Of a stretch of DNA of 64,000 bases, positions 20,579 to 30,234 are shown one piece after another. The translations under genes were made by a program, and so were the position numbers. Origin of the DNA: Planctomycetota bacterium (GTDB lineage: Bacteria; Planctomycetota; B15-G4; JADJEK01); the NCBI GenBank assembly GCA_044225365.1, contig JBGAIQ010000007.1, positions 32,001-96,000 on the forward strand. Reading direction: 5' to 3'. Position 1 is the stretch's first letter. Every line of letters starts with the position of its first letter. Below the pieces are notes generated by a model. The model was not told where the DNA came from and did not search any database. It was given only the letters and a program-made list of their open reading frames with translations.

Positions 20579-23512
20579 TTACCAGTCGAAGATCTGCTCG
20601 ACGGATTCGAAGTCGTTCAGCATGTCGAACGGCGGATCCCGATCGTTCTTCTTGGGGTCGTCGAGGCGTCGCTTCTGCTTGCGGGGCCGCGTCGCTTCGT
20701 GTCCACGCGGGTCGCCCTCGATCATCTTGAACGCTTGTAGCGCAGGCTGATCCTCGACCTCTTTCGATAGCTCGCGCGCAGCGCCGTCGAGTTTCCGGCG
20801 GCGACGTCGGCCACCCTTCTTCTCGGTCTGGTCGACTCCCGTGCGAATCACACTGATCGGACCTGGATCGTCGACGGTCCCGAAGGGGGCGTGCCAGTCG
20901 ATCTCCACGACCGGATCCTCCTCCTCGACGAGCTCGACGATTTCGGGTGGCGGGCCGCGGCGATTTCGGTCCCCGCCGTGGCGCGCGTTGTCGGAGGCGC
21001 CCTGCGACGGACCCTGGCGATCGGCGCCATCGCGACCGCGCCCGCGACCGCGCCGCCTCCGTCGTCGCCCGCGTCGATCGTCGTTTCCCTGGCCCGAACC
21101 GCGCGACTCATCGCCGGACGCACCAGGAGCGTGCGAATCATCGCTTGGAGACGATGGAGAGCCCGCGACGGGCTCGAGGTCGAGATTCTCCGAATCGACC
21201 GGTTCCGACGGTGTATCGGGCTGACGCTGAGGATCGCGATGGCCTCGCCGAGAGGAGTTGTTGCGGTCGTCCCGATGGCGGTCGGAATGCGGAGATCGCT
21301 CGTTGCGCGGTCCTCGATCCTGGCGTTCTCCACGGGGGCCACGAGCGTCACGGTTCGAAGGATGCTGCGATGGGTCGATCTCTTCGGTCGGTCGCGGTTC
21401 GCCGGATTCCGTGCGGGCTCCGCTCGGGCCACCGCCGTCTCGTTCACGATCGCGTCCGCGGCCACGGCCCCTGCGGCGCCGACGTCCGCGGCGGCCACGG
21501 CCCTCGTTCGAGTCGCCCTCGCTCGTAGGAGCATGACGACCGAACGGCGTGGGTCCGCCGCCTTCGTCGTCGGGATGTGCCGCTTCGTCGCCAGCCATCG
21601 CCCCCGCGGCATCGCGGTCGAATGCGTCCTCGGAATCGGGAGGCGGAGACTCGTCCTCGGCGTCGCCTTCGTCGCTTCGGAAATTCGCGTTGCCGCGATC
21701 GTTCCGAGCGCGAACAACGGGGTAGTCCGGAGCGTCGTCCCCTCCGCCATCTTCGTGATCGGAAGCGATGGGCGAATCGTCGGAGTCGTCCGGATGGCCC
21801 TTGCTGGAGTCCTGGTGCGGGCGATCCCGCCGCGCGCGATCGCCCGGAGAGCGCGAATCCCCGCGATGCGAGCGCTCCTCGGCTTCCTGATCGGTCGTGA
21901 AGTCGTCGAAGGGCGCTTCGAGCTTTGCGCGATGATAGGCCTGCGGATTCGTGCTACGGAGATGCCCGTAATACACGTCGAGCCAACGCCGGATCTCGTC
22001 CTCGTTGTGGTCCTGGAGGACGTGCGACTCGATTCGGAAGAAGTCGAGCGAGTCCTTGAAGTAGTCGCGACGAACGAAGTCGATCGGCTTCACGCGCCGC
22101 CGTCGGCGCGATCCTTTCGGCTTCAAGAATCGCGATTGCGCGACCACGATCTGCTTCACGCGGAACGCGTCGCGTCGCGAAATCGCCGTACGCGCGGCGA
22201 ACGGGCGCATCACTCGATCCGCGGCCATGCCGGGATCGCGGGGGCCATCGGGATCGGCGATCGCTTCGCGGATCGCTCCGACGAGGAGGCAACACAGCAG
22301 CGTCGCGTTTCCAAAGCTGCGCCGACCACGATCCGCGTGATCGACGACCTCGAGATACTGACGAATCCGATCCCCGGCATCGAACGGCAGAGCATCGGGA
22401 TCGTCGTTCTCGACGCGCTCGGCCTGCCGCTCGAGATAGGCGTGAATCTCCGGGAGGATGATCTCGAGCACGCCCGTGCGTCGCATGAGATCGAACGCAA
22501 CCGCCGAAGCTCCGCACGAGAGGATCTTGAGGAGTTCTTCGGTGAGGCGCGGTGGGGCGCACTTGCGGAGATCGACGCTGTATTCCGTCATCGCGTCGAA
22601 CGTGGCTGGGTCGAACTCGAATCCAAGTCGCGCCGCGAACTTGATCGCGCGCAGGATCCGAACCGGATCCTCCTGGAATCGAATGGCGGGATCGCCGATG
22701 GTGCGGATCGTGCGGGTCGCGAGGTCCTCGGCGCCACCGACGTAGTCGAGGACGACGTTCTCATCGACGTCGTAGAACAACGCATTGACGGTGAAGTCGC
22801 GGCGCACCGCATCTTCCTGAGCAGACCCGAAGACGTTGTCGCGGCGGATCATCAGATCGCCGGAGGAACCGTCGCCGAACTCCTCTTCACCGCCGTCCCC
22901 ATCGCCGTCCGGAGAGTCCTCGTCGCGTTCGTTCGCCGATCGTTCGGAACGCCGCGAATTGCGAGGTCCGCCGCCGCGACCGCGACCTCCGTCGTGGGTG
23001 CGATTCCTCTCGACTCGGTCCGGGCGATCGTAGTCGTCGCTCGGGGCTTCGCCTTCGTCACTGCCGTCGCCTTCGTAGCCAGGTTCGGACTCATCGCTCG
23101 CGGAGGTTTCCGGGGGAGCGCTTTCGAGGGAATCGTTCGCTTCGATGGGTTCGACGAAGTCGGAGGGTGCGTCGACCTCGATGTCGGCTGCCGTCTCCGC
23201 GTCGATGTTCGGATTCTTGCGGAACGTCGAGACCTCGATGATCTTCTCGCCGAACTGGATGTGCACCAGCTTGAAGCGTCGGCCGATGATCCGCGCGTTG
23301 CGGAACAGCCGTTTGATCTGGCGGGGCCGTGCCGAGGTTGCGACGTCGAAATCCTTCGGGATGTGGCCGAGAGACAGGTCGCGCACGCAACCGCCCACGA
23401 GGTAGGCCTCGTGACCGTATCGCTTCAGACGACGGCAAATCTTCACGGCCTCCGGATCGAGGGACGCGGGGACGATCAGGGGCTCGTAGATGCGCGCGGG
23501 CTGGGACTCCAT
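20579..23512 (-). CDS. pcnB: Poly(A) polymerase I with large low-complexity insertion and C-terminal tail
   Basis: AYLVGGCVRD..PKDFD, PAP I signature IIGRRFKLVHI, DNVFG, RRDFTVNA, EDPVRILRA; start at ATG 23512. Confidence 0.93.
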   Translation of the reverse strand: MESQPARIYEPLIVPASLDPEAVKICRRLKRYGHEAYLVGGCVRDLSLGHIPKDFDVATSARPRQIKRLFRNARIIGRRFKLVHIQFGEKIIEVSTFRKNPNIDAETAADIEVDAPSDFVEPIEANDSLESAPPETSASDESEPGYEGDGSDEGEAPSDDYDRPDRVERNRTHDGGRGRGGGPRNSRRSERSANERDEDSPDGDGDGGEEEFGDGSSGDLMIRRDNVFGSAQEDAVRRDFTVNALFYDVDENVVLDYVGGAEDLATRTIRTIGDPAIRFQEDPVRILRAIKFAARLGFEFDPATFDAMTEYSVDLRKCAPPRLTEELLKILSCGASAVAFDLMRRTGVLEIILPEIHAYLERQAERVENDDPDALPFDAGDRIRQYLEVVDHADRGRRSFGNATLLCCLLVGAIREAIADPDGPRDPGMAADRVMRPFAARTAISRRDAFRVKQIVVAQSRFLKPKGSRRRRRVKPIDFVRRDYFKDSLDFFRIESHVLQDHNEDEIRRWLDVYYGHLRSTNPQAYHRAKLEAPFDDFTTDQEAEERSHRGDSRSPGDRARRDRPHQDSSKGHPDDSDDSPIASDHEDGGGDDAPDYPVVRARNDRGNANFRSDEGDAEDESPPPDSEDAFDRDAAGAMAGDEAAHPDDEGGGPTPFGRHAPTSEGDSNEGRGRRGRRRRRGRGRGRDRERDGGGPSGARTESGEPRPTEEIDPSQHPSNRDARGPRGERQDRGPRNERSPHSDRHRDDRNNSSRRGHRDPQRQPDTPSEPVDSENLDLEPVAGSPSSPSDDSHAPGASGDESRGSGQGNDDRRGRRRRRRGRGRGRDGADRQGPSQGASDNARHGGDRNRRGPPPEIVELVEEEDPVVEIDWHAPFGTVDDPGPISVIRTGVDQTEKKGGRRRRRKLDGAARELSKEVEDQPALQAFKMIEGDPRGHEATRPRKQKRRLDDPKKNDRDPPFDMLNDFESVEQIFDW

Positions 23513-23583
23513 CGCACTTTCCGAAGGGGACAAGGCCGGGTGGCCGAAAAGAGGATCCGACCCTGGATTGTAGCGGACTGGCT

Positions 23584-24405
23584 CTACGAACGAGCGTCCA
23601 TCGCGGAACGAAACCTCGCAACTCGGCGGGGATCGACTGGCCGCGAGATCTCGCCGCCCTGCTTCAGCGCGGTTCCGACGACGAATCCACGCGCCGCGGT
23701 GAAACTCCGGAGATTGTCGGCCGTCGCCCCGCTCGCGACGAGGACCGGAGCACCCTTGGAGCAGGCCGCGACCGCGTCCAGCCATTCGTGCCCCGGGGCC
23801 CGTCCCGTCGTCTTCCCCGTGACCAGGATGGCATCGACCAGCGCTCGATCGAGCAATTCCTCGACCTCGACCGCCACGTCCTCGGTTCGCATCGGCGTCG
23901 CGTGCTTCACGCGCAGGTCGGCGAGGATCCGGCAATCACTTTCGAGCATCCGACGACGTCGGAGCAGTTCGGCGGCGCGCCCTTCGATGATCCCCTGATC
24001 CGTGACGGCGGCTCCGGTCAGGACGTTCACCCGCAGGAAATCGAGTTCGGCTCCCACGGCGACCGCGAGAGCCGAGAGCGCCGCATTGCGGAGTACGTTG
24101 ACTCCGACCGGCTTCCCCTTGGCGAGAGACTTCAGGTCCGATCCGATCACCGCCATCGCGGCGACGACCTGTTCTTCTGCGATGTCGCGGTGGAACGGAG
24201 CATCGCCGAAGTTTTCGACGATCACCGCGTCGGCTCCGTGATCGAAGTACGCCCTGGCGTCGGCGATGGCGGACTCTCGGATTCGCGAAAGCGATTCACT
24301 CGCGCGCGGCGAGCCGGGCAGCGGGGCGAGGTGCACGACTCCGATCAACGTACGGCCGCGCCCGAACAGCGCGTCGTAGCTCGAAGCGATCTTCTTGCTC
24401 GCCAT
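23584..24405 (-). CDS. BtpA/SgcQ family TIM-barrel protein
   Basis: IGVVHLAPLPGSP, VENFGDAPF, GVNVLRN, VKHA, VVGTALK. Confidence 0.92.
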   Translation of the reverse strand: MASKKIASSYDALFGRGRTLIGVVHLAPLPGSPRASESLSRIRESAIADARAYFDHGADAVIVENFGDAPFHRDIAEEQVVAAMAVIGSDLKSLAKGKPVGVNVLRNAALSALAVAVGAELDFLRVNVLTGAAVTDQGIIEGRAAELLRRRRMLESDCRILADLRVKHATPMRTEDVAVEVEELLDRALVDAILVTGKTTGRAPGHEWLDAVAACSKGAPVLVASGATADNLRSFTAARGFVVGTALKQGGEISRPVDPRRVARFRSAMDARS

Positions 24406-24645
24406 GGACCGTCCTCGTTTCGATGGCTGCGGATGCAGAGGTCTGCCGGGTGCCGAGACGCAGTCTCTCGGTGACGACCGGGGCCGGAAATGTACCGGAT
24501 CGATTCGGCTCGATCAGGGTTGCTCGCGAATTGGTCGGAGGATCGTTCGAGGCGTCTGCTACCTTCGGGTTGCGCGCGCGAAGCGGGGTCGGCGCGATCG
24601 AGACCCGCCGCATCACCGCGCCTTTCGACCCAGCGAGAGTCCCGA

Positions 24646-25989
24646 ATGACTCCACTCTTCGAACGCCACGACCTCGCCGACGGAATCACGCTGTATGCGG
24701 CGTCCACGGCGCGATTCAAGTCGATCGCCGTCAAGCTGCGCTTCATCGAGCCGCTCGATGCGCGCGCGGCGATGCGCGCCATCGTCGTTTCGCTGCTGCG
24801 GCGCGGGTGTGTCAGCGCTCCCGACCTGATGTCGATCGCCCGTCGCGCAGAGAGTCTCTACGGTGCTTCGTTCATGATGGACGTGGGCCGGATCGGAGAG
24901 ATGCAGGCGAGCGACTTCGGATTGCAGGTGGCGCATCCGAAGTTCCTCGACGAGCCTCGGACGCTCGTCGATTCCCTGGCGTTCCTGCGCGAATTGATCG
25001 AACAGCCGGTCCTCGAGGACGGCGGCTTTCGTGCACACGAATTCGAGCAGGAGCGATCGAATCTCCTCCGAGCGATCGCTGCGATCTTCGATGACAAAGC
25101 GTCCTGGTCGCACGTTCGACTCATCGAGTGCATGTTCGCGGGCGAACCCTATGCGAGGCTCGATCACGGCACGATCGCCGAGGTGAATTCCCTCGATCGG
25201 TGCACGTCGTGGTCGGAACATCGGAGACGAGTGCGGGAGACGCCCCTCGATCTGTTCGCGATCGGCGATCTCGGCGAGTCGCGATCCGATTCAGCGGTGC
25301 TCGATCCGTTGCGAGCAATCGGGGAGTTCGGCTCGGCGTTCTCTGCGCGAGCGTCGCGAACGCGGAGCTTCGAGTACGAGTCGGCGCCTCACGCCCCTCG
25401 ATCGCAGACTCCGCGCCAGATCGTCGAGCCGATCCAAGCTGCCGAGAGCCACCTCTTGATCGGGCATCGATTCGATGCGAAGTCCCTTGACCCTCGCGGC
25501 CAGCTCGCGATGTCGGTATTCGCGACGATGCTCGGCGGCGGGGCGCACTCGCTGTTGTTCTCCGAGCTGCGCGAACGAGCCGGCCTCGCGTATTCGACGA
25601 ACGCCCACCTCGACCGCGTGAAGGGTTTCCTCGCGGTCTATGCCGGTATCGCTCGCGATCGCTTCGAAGAAGCGCGCGATCGGATGCGGGACCTCGTGGC
25701 GCGATGTGCGAAGGGCGAGTTCGACGACGGCACCTATTCCGCGGCGATCGCGACTTTGCGACACTCGATCCGTACGGCGTTGGATTCGCCGGGTCGAGCG
25801 ATCGAATTCGCGTCTCGGGCGGTCGCCACGGGTTGGCCACCCGACCCCGTCGCATACTCGACGGTGCTCGATACATTGGATCGCGCCGCCGTCATCGAAG
25901 CCGCGAATCGCGTGCGTGAGGACGTGTGTTTCCTGGCCGCTGGAAGGACCGATGCAAACGACCGCGGAACTGAGCAAGAAACTCGATGA
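24646..25989 (+). CDS. Peptidase M16 inactive subunit, YmfF-like
   Basis: TARFKS, ESLYGA, DDKASWS, LGGGAHSLLFSELRERAGLAYS (R/Y pair); no HxxEH. Confidence 0.82.
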   Translation: MTPLFERHDLADGITLYAASTARFKSIAVKLRFIEPLDARAAMRAIVVSLLRRGCVSAPDLMSIARRAESLYGASFMMDVGRIGEMQASDFGLQVAHPKFLDEPRTLVDSLAFLRELIEQPVLEDGGFRAHEFEQERSNLLRAIAAIFDDKASWSHVRLIECMFAGEPYARLDHGTIAEVNSLDRCTSWSEHRRRVRETPLDLFAIGDLGESRSDSAVLDPLRAIGEFGSAFSARASRTRSFEYESAPHAPRSQTPRQIVEPIQAAESHLLIGHRFDAKSLDPRGQLAMSVFATMLGGGAHSLLFSELRERAGLAYSTNAHLDRVKGFLAVYAGIARDRFEEARDRMRDLVARCAKGEFDDGTYSAAIATLRHSIRTALDSPGRAIEFASRAVATGWPPDPVAYSTVLDTLDRAAVIEAANRVREDVCFLAAGRTDANDRGTEQETR

Positions 25990-27271
25990 ACCGCTCATCG
26001 CGCTGACGCACCCATCGGGAATGCGCATCCGTATCGCGAGGAAGCCCGGTTTCTCGCGAGTCCACGCCGTGTTGACCGCGCGCTTCGGATCGGTCGATCG
26101 CCGCCGGGAGAATTCGGGAAGCTCGACGGAACTGCCGGCAGGTCTCGCGCACTTCCTCGAGCATCAGATGTTCGAGGACGAGGGTGGTGACATCGCGGCG
26201 CGCTTTGCCCGGCTCGGCGCATCGTCGAACGCGTTCACATCGTTCGTCAATACGAGCTACGTCTTCGATGCGTCGGATTTCCTTCCCGAATGCCTGGACC
26301 TCCTGCTCGCGCTCGTGTTGCGACCCCATTTCACCTCGGCATCGGTCGCGAAGGAGGTCCTCGTCATCGCACGGGAGATCCGGATGGTCGAGGACGATCC
26401 AGGCGCCCGGATCTTTCAGAATCTCTTGCGCGCACTGTATTCGACCCATCCCGTTCGAGTGCCCATCGCGGGGACCGAGGCCTCGATCGCGACGATCACG
26501 CCGGAAATGCTGATGGACGCGCATCGCGCGTTCTATCGTCCCGACCATCTCGCGCTCGCGGTCGTGGGGGACGTGGATCCGAACGTCGTATTCGCAGCCG
26601 TCGACCGGGCCCTGGGGCGAGAGACGGCCACCGCCTCGGACCCTGCACCGTCGGAGATGACCGTGTCGAACGACGAGGGTTCGCCGGCCGTCGCTGAGAT
26701 TCGCGCGACGATGGAAGTCGCCCGCCCGAAGTGGCTCCTCGGTTTCAAGGATCGTGGCGTTCCGGCCGCAGGTATGCGGCTGCTCGAACGCGAGATCGCG
26801 ACCAGCATGCTTCTCGACATCCTGTTCTCCGCCTCGTCCACGGCGCACGAGGAGTGGCTGCGTTCGGGAGTGATCGACGACACGTTCGCCTACGAATACA
26901 CCGCCGAGTCGGGATTCGGATTCCTCGCATTCGCCTCGGACATCGCCGAGGCGCCCGCACGCGGAGCCTCGACTCGTCTCGAGGACGCCATCGGACGCGA
27001 GATCGAACGGGTTCGGACCGCGGGCGTCGACGAAGCGGATTTCGCGCGGATCCAGCGCCGTCAGATCGGCAGATTCGTGAGCTTCTTCGATCACCTCGAC
27101 GGACTCGCGACGGCGTTGTCGCAACTCGCGTTGTACGAACTCACGCCGCTGCATTGGATCGAGGCCGCACGTTCGATCCGTCGCGAAGATCTGGAAGCGC
27201 GTGCTTGCGACCTATTCGACCGGCGATTCGCGTCGCGTTCGCTCGTGCTCCCGTCGGGCGTGGAATCGTGA
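25952..27271 (+). CDS. Peptidase M16 zinc subunit, YmfH-like
   Basis: FGSVD, PAGLAHFLEHQMFE, GASSNAFTSF, HPVRVPIAGT, FYRP. Confidence 0.88.
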   Translation: MQTTAELSKKLDEPLIALTHPSGMRIRIARKPGFSRVHAVLTARFGSVDRRRENSGSSTELPAGLAHFLEHQMFEDEGGDIAARFARLGASSNAFTSFVNTSYVFDASDFLPECLDLLLALVLRPHFTSASVAKEVLVIAREIRMVEDDPGARIFQNLLRALYSTHPVRVPIAGTEASIATITPEMLMDAHRAFYRPDHLALAVVGDVDPNVVFAAVDRALGRETATASDPAPSEMTVSNDEGSPAVAEIRATMEVARPKWLLGFKDRGVPAAGMRLLEREIATSMLLDILFSASSTAHEEWLRSGVIDDTFAYEYTAESGFGFLAFASDIAEAPARGASTRLEDAIGREIERVRTAGVDEADFARIQRRQIGRFVSFFDHLDGLATALSQLALYELTPLHWIEAARSIRREDLEARACDLFDRRFASRSLVLPSGVES

Positions 27272-28212
27272 GCGAGGACGCGCAGATCGTATTCGTCCTC
27301 ACCGGCGAGACGGCCGTCGGCAAGAAGGACGTCGGACTCGCGATCGCCCGACGACACGACTGCGAGATCGTGGCCGTCGATTCGATCAAGGTCTACCGCG
27401 GCCTCGTGATCGGCGGCGCGCAACCCACCGCGAGCGACCTGGGCGGGATCACGGCTCATCTGATCGGAACGGTGGATCCTGGAGAATCCTTCAGCGTGGG
27501 GCGGTGGGTGAAGGAAGCGGCGCAGGCCGTCGCGGCGATCCGTCGCCGCGGAAAGCGGCCGCTCTTCCTGGGCGGCACGCCCCTCTATCTGAATGCGCTG
27601 TTACGCGGGTTCTTCGACGGCCCGGCCTCCGACCCGAAGCTGCGCGCGGAACTCGAAGGAATCGCAGACCGCGACGGCGTGCCGACTCTTCACGCTCGCT
27701 TGGAAGCCGTGGATCCGGATTCGGCGGCGTGGATCGGGAAGAACGATTCGAAACGAATCGTTCGCGCACTCGAGGTCCACGCGATGACCGGAACGCCGAT
27801 TTCGCGACTGCAGCGCGAACAGACGCGGAGGATGGTCGACGGCGAATTCAAAGTGGCCGGAATCACCGCTGCGAACGACTTCTTGAGACAGCGACAGGCT
27901 GCTCGAGTCGATCGAATGCTCGAACGCGGGCTGGTCGACGAGGTGAGGATGCTCCTCGCCGCGGGGACGCTTCGGGGTGAGGCGGCCCGCGCGATCGGTT
28001 ACCGCGAGATCATCGATCATTTGCAGGAGGGATCGAGCCTCGAAGCGGCGCGCAGCCTGATCGTGCGCAACACTTGGGAGCTGACTCGCAAGCAGCGCAA
28101 GTGGTTTCGGAAGTTGAACGAGATCACCTTCGTCGAGCGCTTGCCGACGATGTCGCTCGAGACCTTGATCGACGAAGTCGATCGCGTGCTGACCTCGGCT
28201 CGAACTGTGTGA
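27268..28212 (+). CDS. miaA: tRNA dimethylallyltransferase
   Basis: GETAVGK, DSIKVYRG, GGTPLY, RIVRALEV, AIGYRE, KQRKWF; GTGA overlap. Confidence 0.95.
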   Translation: MSEDAQIVFVLTGETAVGKKDVGLAIARRHDCEIVAVDSIKVYRGLVIGGAQPTASDLGGITAHLIGTVDPGESFSVGRWVKEAAQAVAAIRRRGKRPLFLGGTPLYLNALLRGFFDGPASDPKLRAELEGIADRDGVPTLHARLEAVDPDSAAWIGKNDSKRIVRALEVHAMTGTPISRLQREQTRRMVDGEFKVAGITAANDFLRQRQAARVDRMLERGLVDEVRMLLAAGTLRGEAARAIGYREIIDHLQEGSSLEAARSLIVRNTWELTRKQRKWFRKLNEITFVERLPTMSLETLIDEVDRVLTSARTV

Positions 28213-28223
28213 CCGGATCTTGG

Positions 28224-29450
28224 TCAGCCGCGATGTCCGATCGCGGACTCCATCTCTTCGATCATCGAAAGATACCGATCGCTGTCGCGAAGCATCGCGC
28301 GTCGCCGGTTCGGGTCCCGTTCCTCGCTCTCCGCGATCGAGCGTCGAGTCGACTCGAAGTGCGCGCGCGCCCCTTCGAGGAACTTCGACGCGAGCTTGCG
28401 ATCGGGTGACTCTGCTGGAGTGCGGAGAGTTGCTTGGACGAAGAGCGAGAGCGCCGGAATATGCCATGGCGTCTTCGCGAGGAGAGAGCGCGCTCGAACG
28501 ATCGCGGAGTCCGGCTGGTCGAGATCACCATGCGCTTGGCAAGCGAGCCACAGAAGGTCGGTCTCCCGATCTCCTGCGCCACGAGCGAGGATCCGGTCGA
28601 CTTCGTGAATGCATTGCTCCGGGTAGCCCGAAGCTCGATCGACGTAGGCCTTCACGAACGAGAGCCCGGTGTCGTCGGGACGGATCTCCACTCCGTGCGT
28701 CGCGATCTTGCGCAGCAGAAGCTCGAGCGAATGGCTCCGCGATCCCAGTTCCTCGATGACGAAAACCGCCTGTGTCACGTCGGAGGCGACGGCCGACGAC
28801 AGTTCTTCGACGGAGTCGTTGGAGTCGCCAGCGGGCCCGGCGATCGAGAGCGCGTGTCCGACTCGCCCGGCGAGCGCCCAGTCGTTTGCCTTCGCTGTCC
28901 CAATGGCGACGAGTCGATCGAAATGGAGATTGGCCGTTTCGTGATCGCCCCGCTCGAGCGCGTTGGTCCCGGCGAACCATCGCAGCTCCTCGGAGTTCGG
29001 ATGGAATCGCAACGACTGCTCGATCGTGCGCTTCGCGTCTTCGAGCTTGCCCTGCTCCGCGGCGGCTTCGCTCACCAGCAGGGCGGTCATCGGGGCGTCG
29101 GGGGCGACCACCGAAAGGCGTGCAAGGGTCTTCTCCGCAAGCGGTCGGTCGCGCTTGGCGAGGGCGACTTGATACGCCAACGCATAGAGATCGGACTGGA
29201 TCTCCGGTGAACGCGCATCCCCGAGGCCCTGGTCGAGCGCGCGATCGGCATTCGCGAGTTCGGTCTTCGACGCTTCGTCCTGATTCGCTTGGTGGAGCTG
29301 CATGGCGCGGGACATCGAAGCGCGCGCCTCATCCGAGTGAGCCGCGGCGAACCGATCCAAACTCAAAGCGCCGCACCCTGGCAGTCCCAGGAAGAATGCG
29401 GCGCCAAGAAGGACCGGCCCGCGGCGATCGTAACGCCGGCGGGTGATCAT
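28224..29450 (-). CDS. Putative TPR-like helical lipoprotein
   Basis: Basic N-terminus, hydrophobic stretch and LPGC lipobox-like site; Ala/Leu helical repeats (AKRTIEQSLRFHPNS). Confidence 0.65.
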   Translation of the reverse strand: MITRRRYDRRGPVLLGAAFFLGLPGCGALSLDRFAAAHSDEARASMSRAMQLHQANQDEASKTELANADRALDQGLGDARSPEIQSDLYALAYQVALAKRDRPLAEKTLARLSVVAPDAPMTALLVSEAAAEQGKLEDAKRTIEQSLRFHPNSEELRWFAGTNALERGDHETANLHFDRLVAIGTAKANDWALAGRVGHALSIAGPAGDSNDSVEELSSAVASDVTQAVFVIEELGSRSHSLELLLRKIATHGVEIRPDDTGLSFVKAYVDRASGYPEQCIHEVDRILARGAGDRETDLLWLACQAHGDLDQPDSAIVRARSLLAKTPWHIPALSLFVQATLRTPAESPDRKLASKFLEGARAHFESTRRSIAESEERDPNRRRAMLRDSDRYLSMIEEMESAIGHRG

Positions 29451-29459
29451 GACTTCAGC

Positions 29460-30161
29460 TCAGAAGCGGGGATTCTCGAGCGTGTACCGGAAGTAGGGGA
29501 GGTGGTACTTCTCGCGGAGTCGAGCACGCGTGTCGTCGTCGCCCGGATCCATTTCCGGAGAGAGCGGCGAAGCGTAGATGCTCGGCAACGCGAAGATTCC
29601 GGCGACGAAGTCGACGGCCTCGAACGGAGAGGCGTTGACGTTGAGCCCCACCCAGAACAGGTGGAGGTTCGCGCCGACGTCGCTCCAGTGGCGATCGTGG
29701 TTGTCGAGGTAGTCGGGGCCCGTGTAGGAGAACTCGTTCTCGAACAGGGTCGACGTTCCCCAGACCGGCGTGCGATTCAGCTTCACCCAGTACAGGTTGA
29801 AACCGCAGGCGACGCCGCCTTCGACACGGTCATCGCTCCACAGGCCCGCCGAGCGACGGAGCAGACCCCAGCGAGCGCCGAGGTTCATGTAGCCGCCACC
29901 CGCCTGCAGGAACTTCGTGACGTGCGCGTTCGCGAGAACGCCGTCACCGACCGAGAGGTCGCCCTGGAAGATGTCGCAGGCGTCGAGGAACCGATCCTTG
30001 GCATAGATGCCGACCTTTTCGGCACCCGTCCACTGATTGATCTCTTGCGAGTACGCCTCGAATTCCGGCGACGACGTGAACTTGTACGAGGCCTGGCATC
30101 CTGCGGCCGCGAGCAGCAGAAGCGCGCCTGCACCGGTCGTCCAATGCTTCATCAGCTTCAT
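29460..30161 (-). CDS. Lipoprotein of unknown function (beta-strand-rich; paralog of 30235-31116)
   Basis: LLLLAAAGC lipobox; motifs shared with neighbour; typical codon bias. Confidence 0.8.
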   Translation of the reverse strand: MKLMKHWTTGAGALLLLAAAGCQASYKFTSSPEFEAYSQEINQWTGAEKVGIYAKDRFLDACDIFQGDLSVGDGVLANAHVTKFLQAGGGYMNLGARWGLLRRSAGLWSDDRVEGGVACGFNLYWVKLNRTPVWGTSTLFENEFSYTGPDYLDNHDRHWSDVGANLHLFWVGLNVNASPFEAVDFVAGIFALPSIYASPLSPEMDPGDDDTRARLREKYHLPYFRYTLENPRF

Positions 30162-30234
30162 TTCGAAAGTCCTATCGAGCTAGTTCGTGAAAACGTGACC
30201 GCGGATATGCCTGGTGAACGATCGTCGACCCAGC

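Noticed and set aside
24406-24645. Small hairpins in the btpA/ymfF divergent spacer as possible tRNA or riboswitch
   Set aside because: No cloverleaf, T-loop or known aptamer motif; such stems are expected at this GC content.
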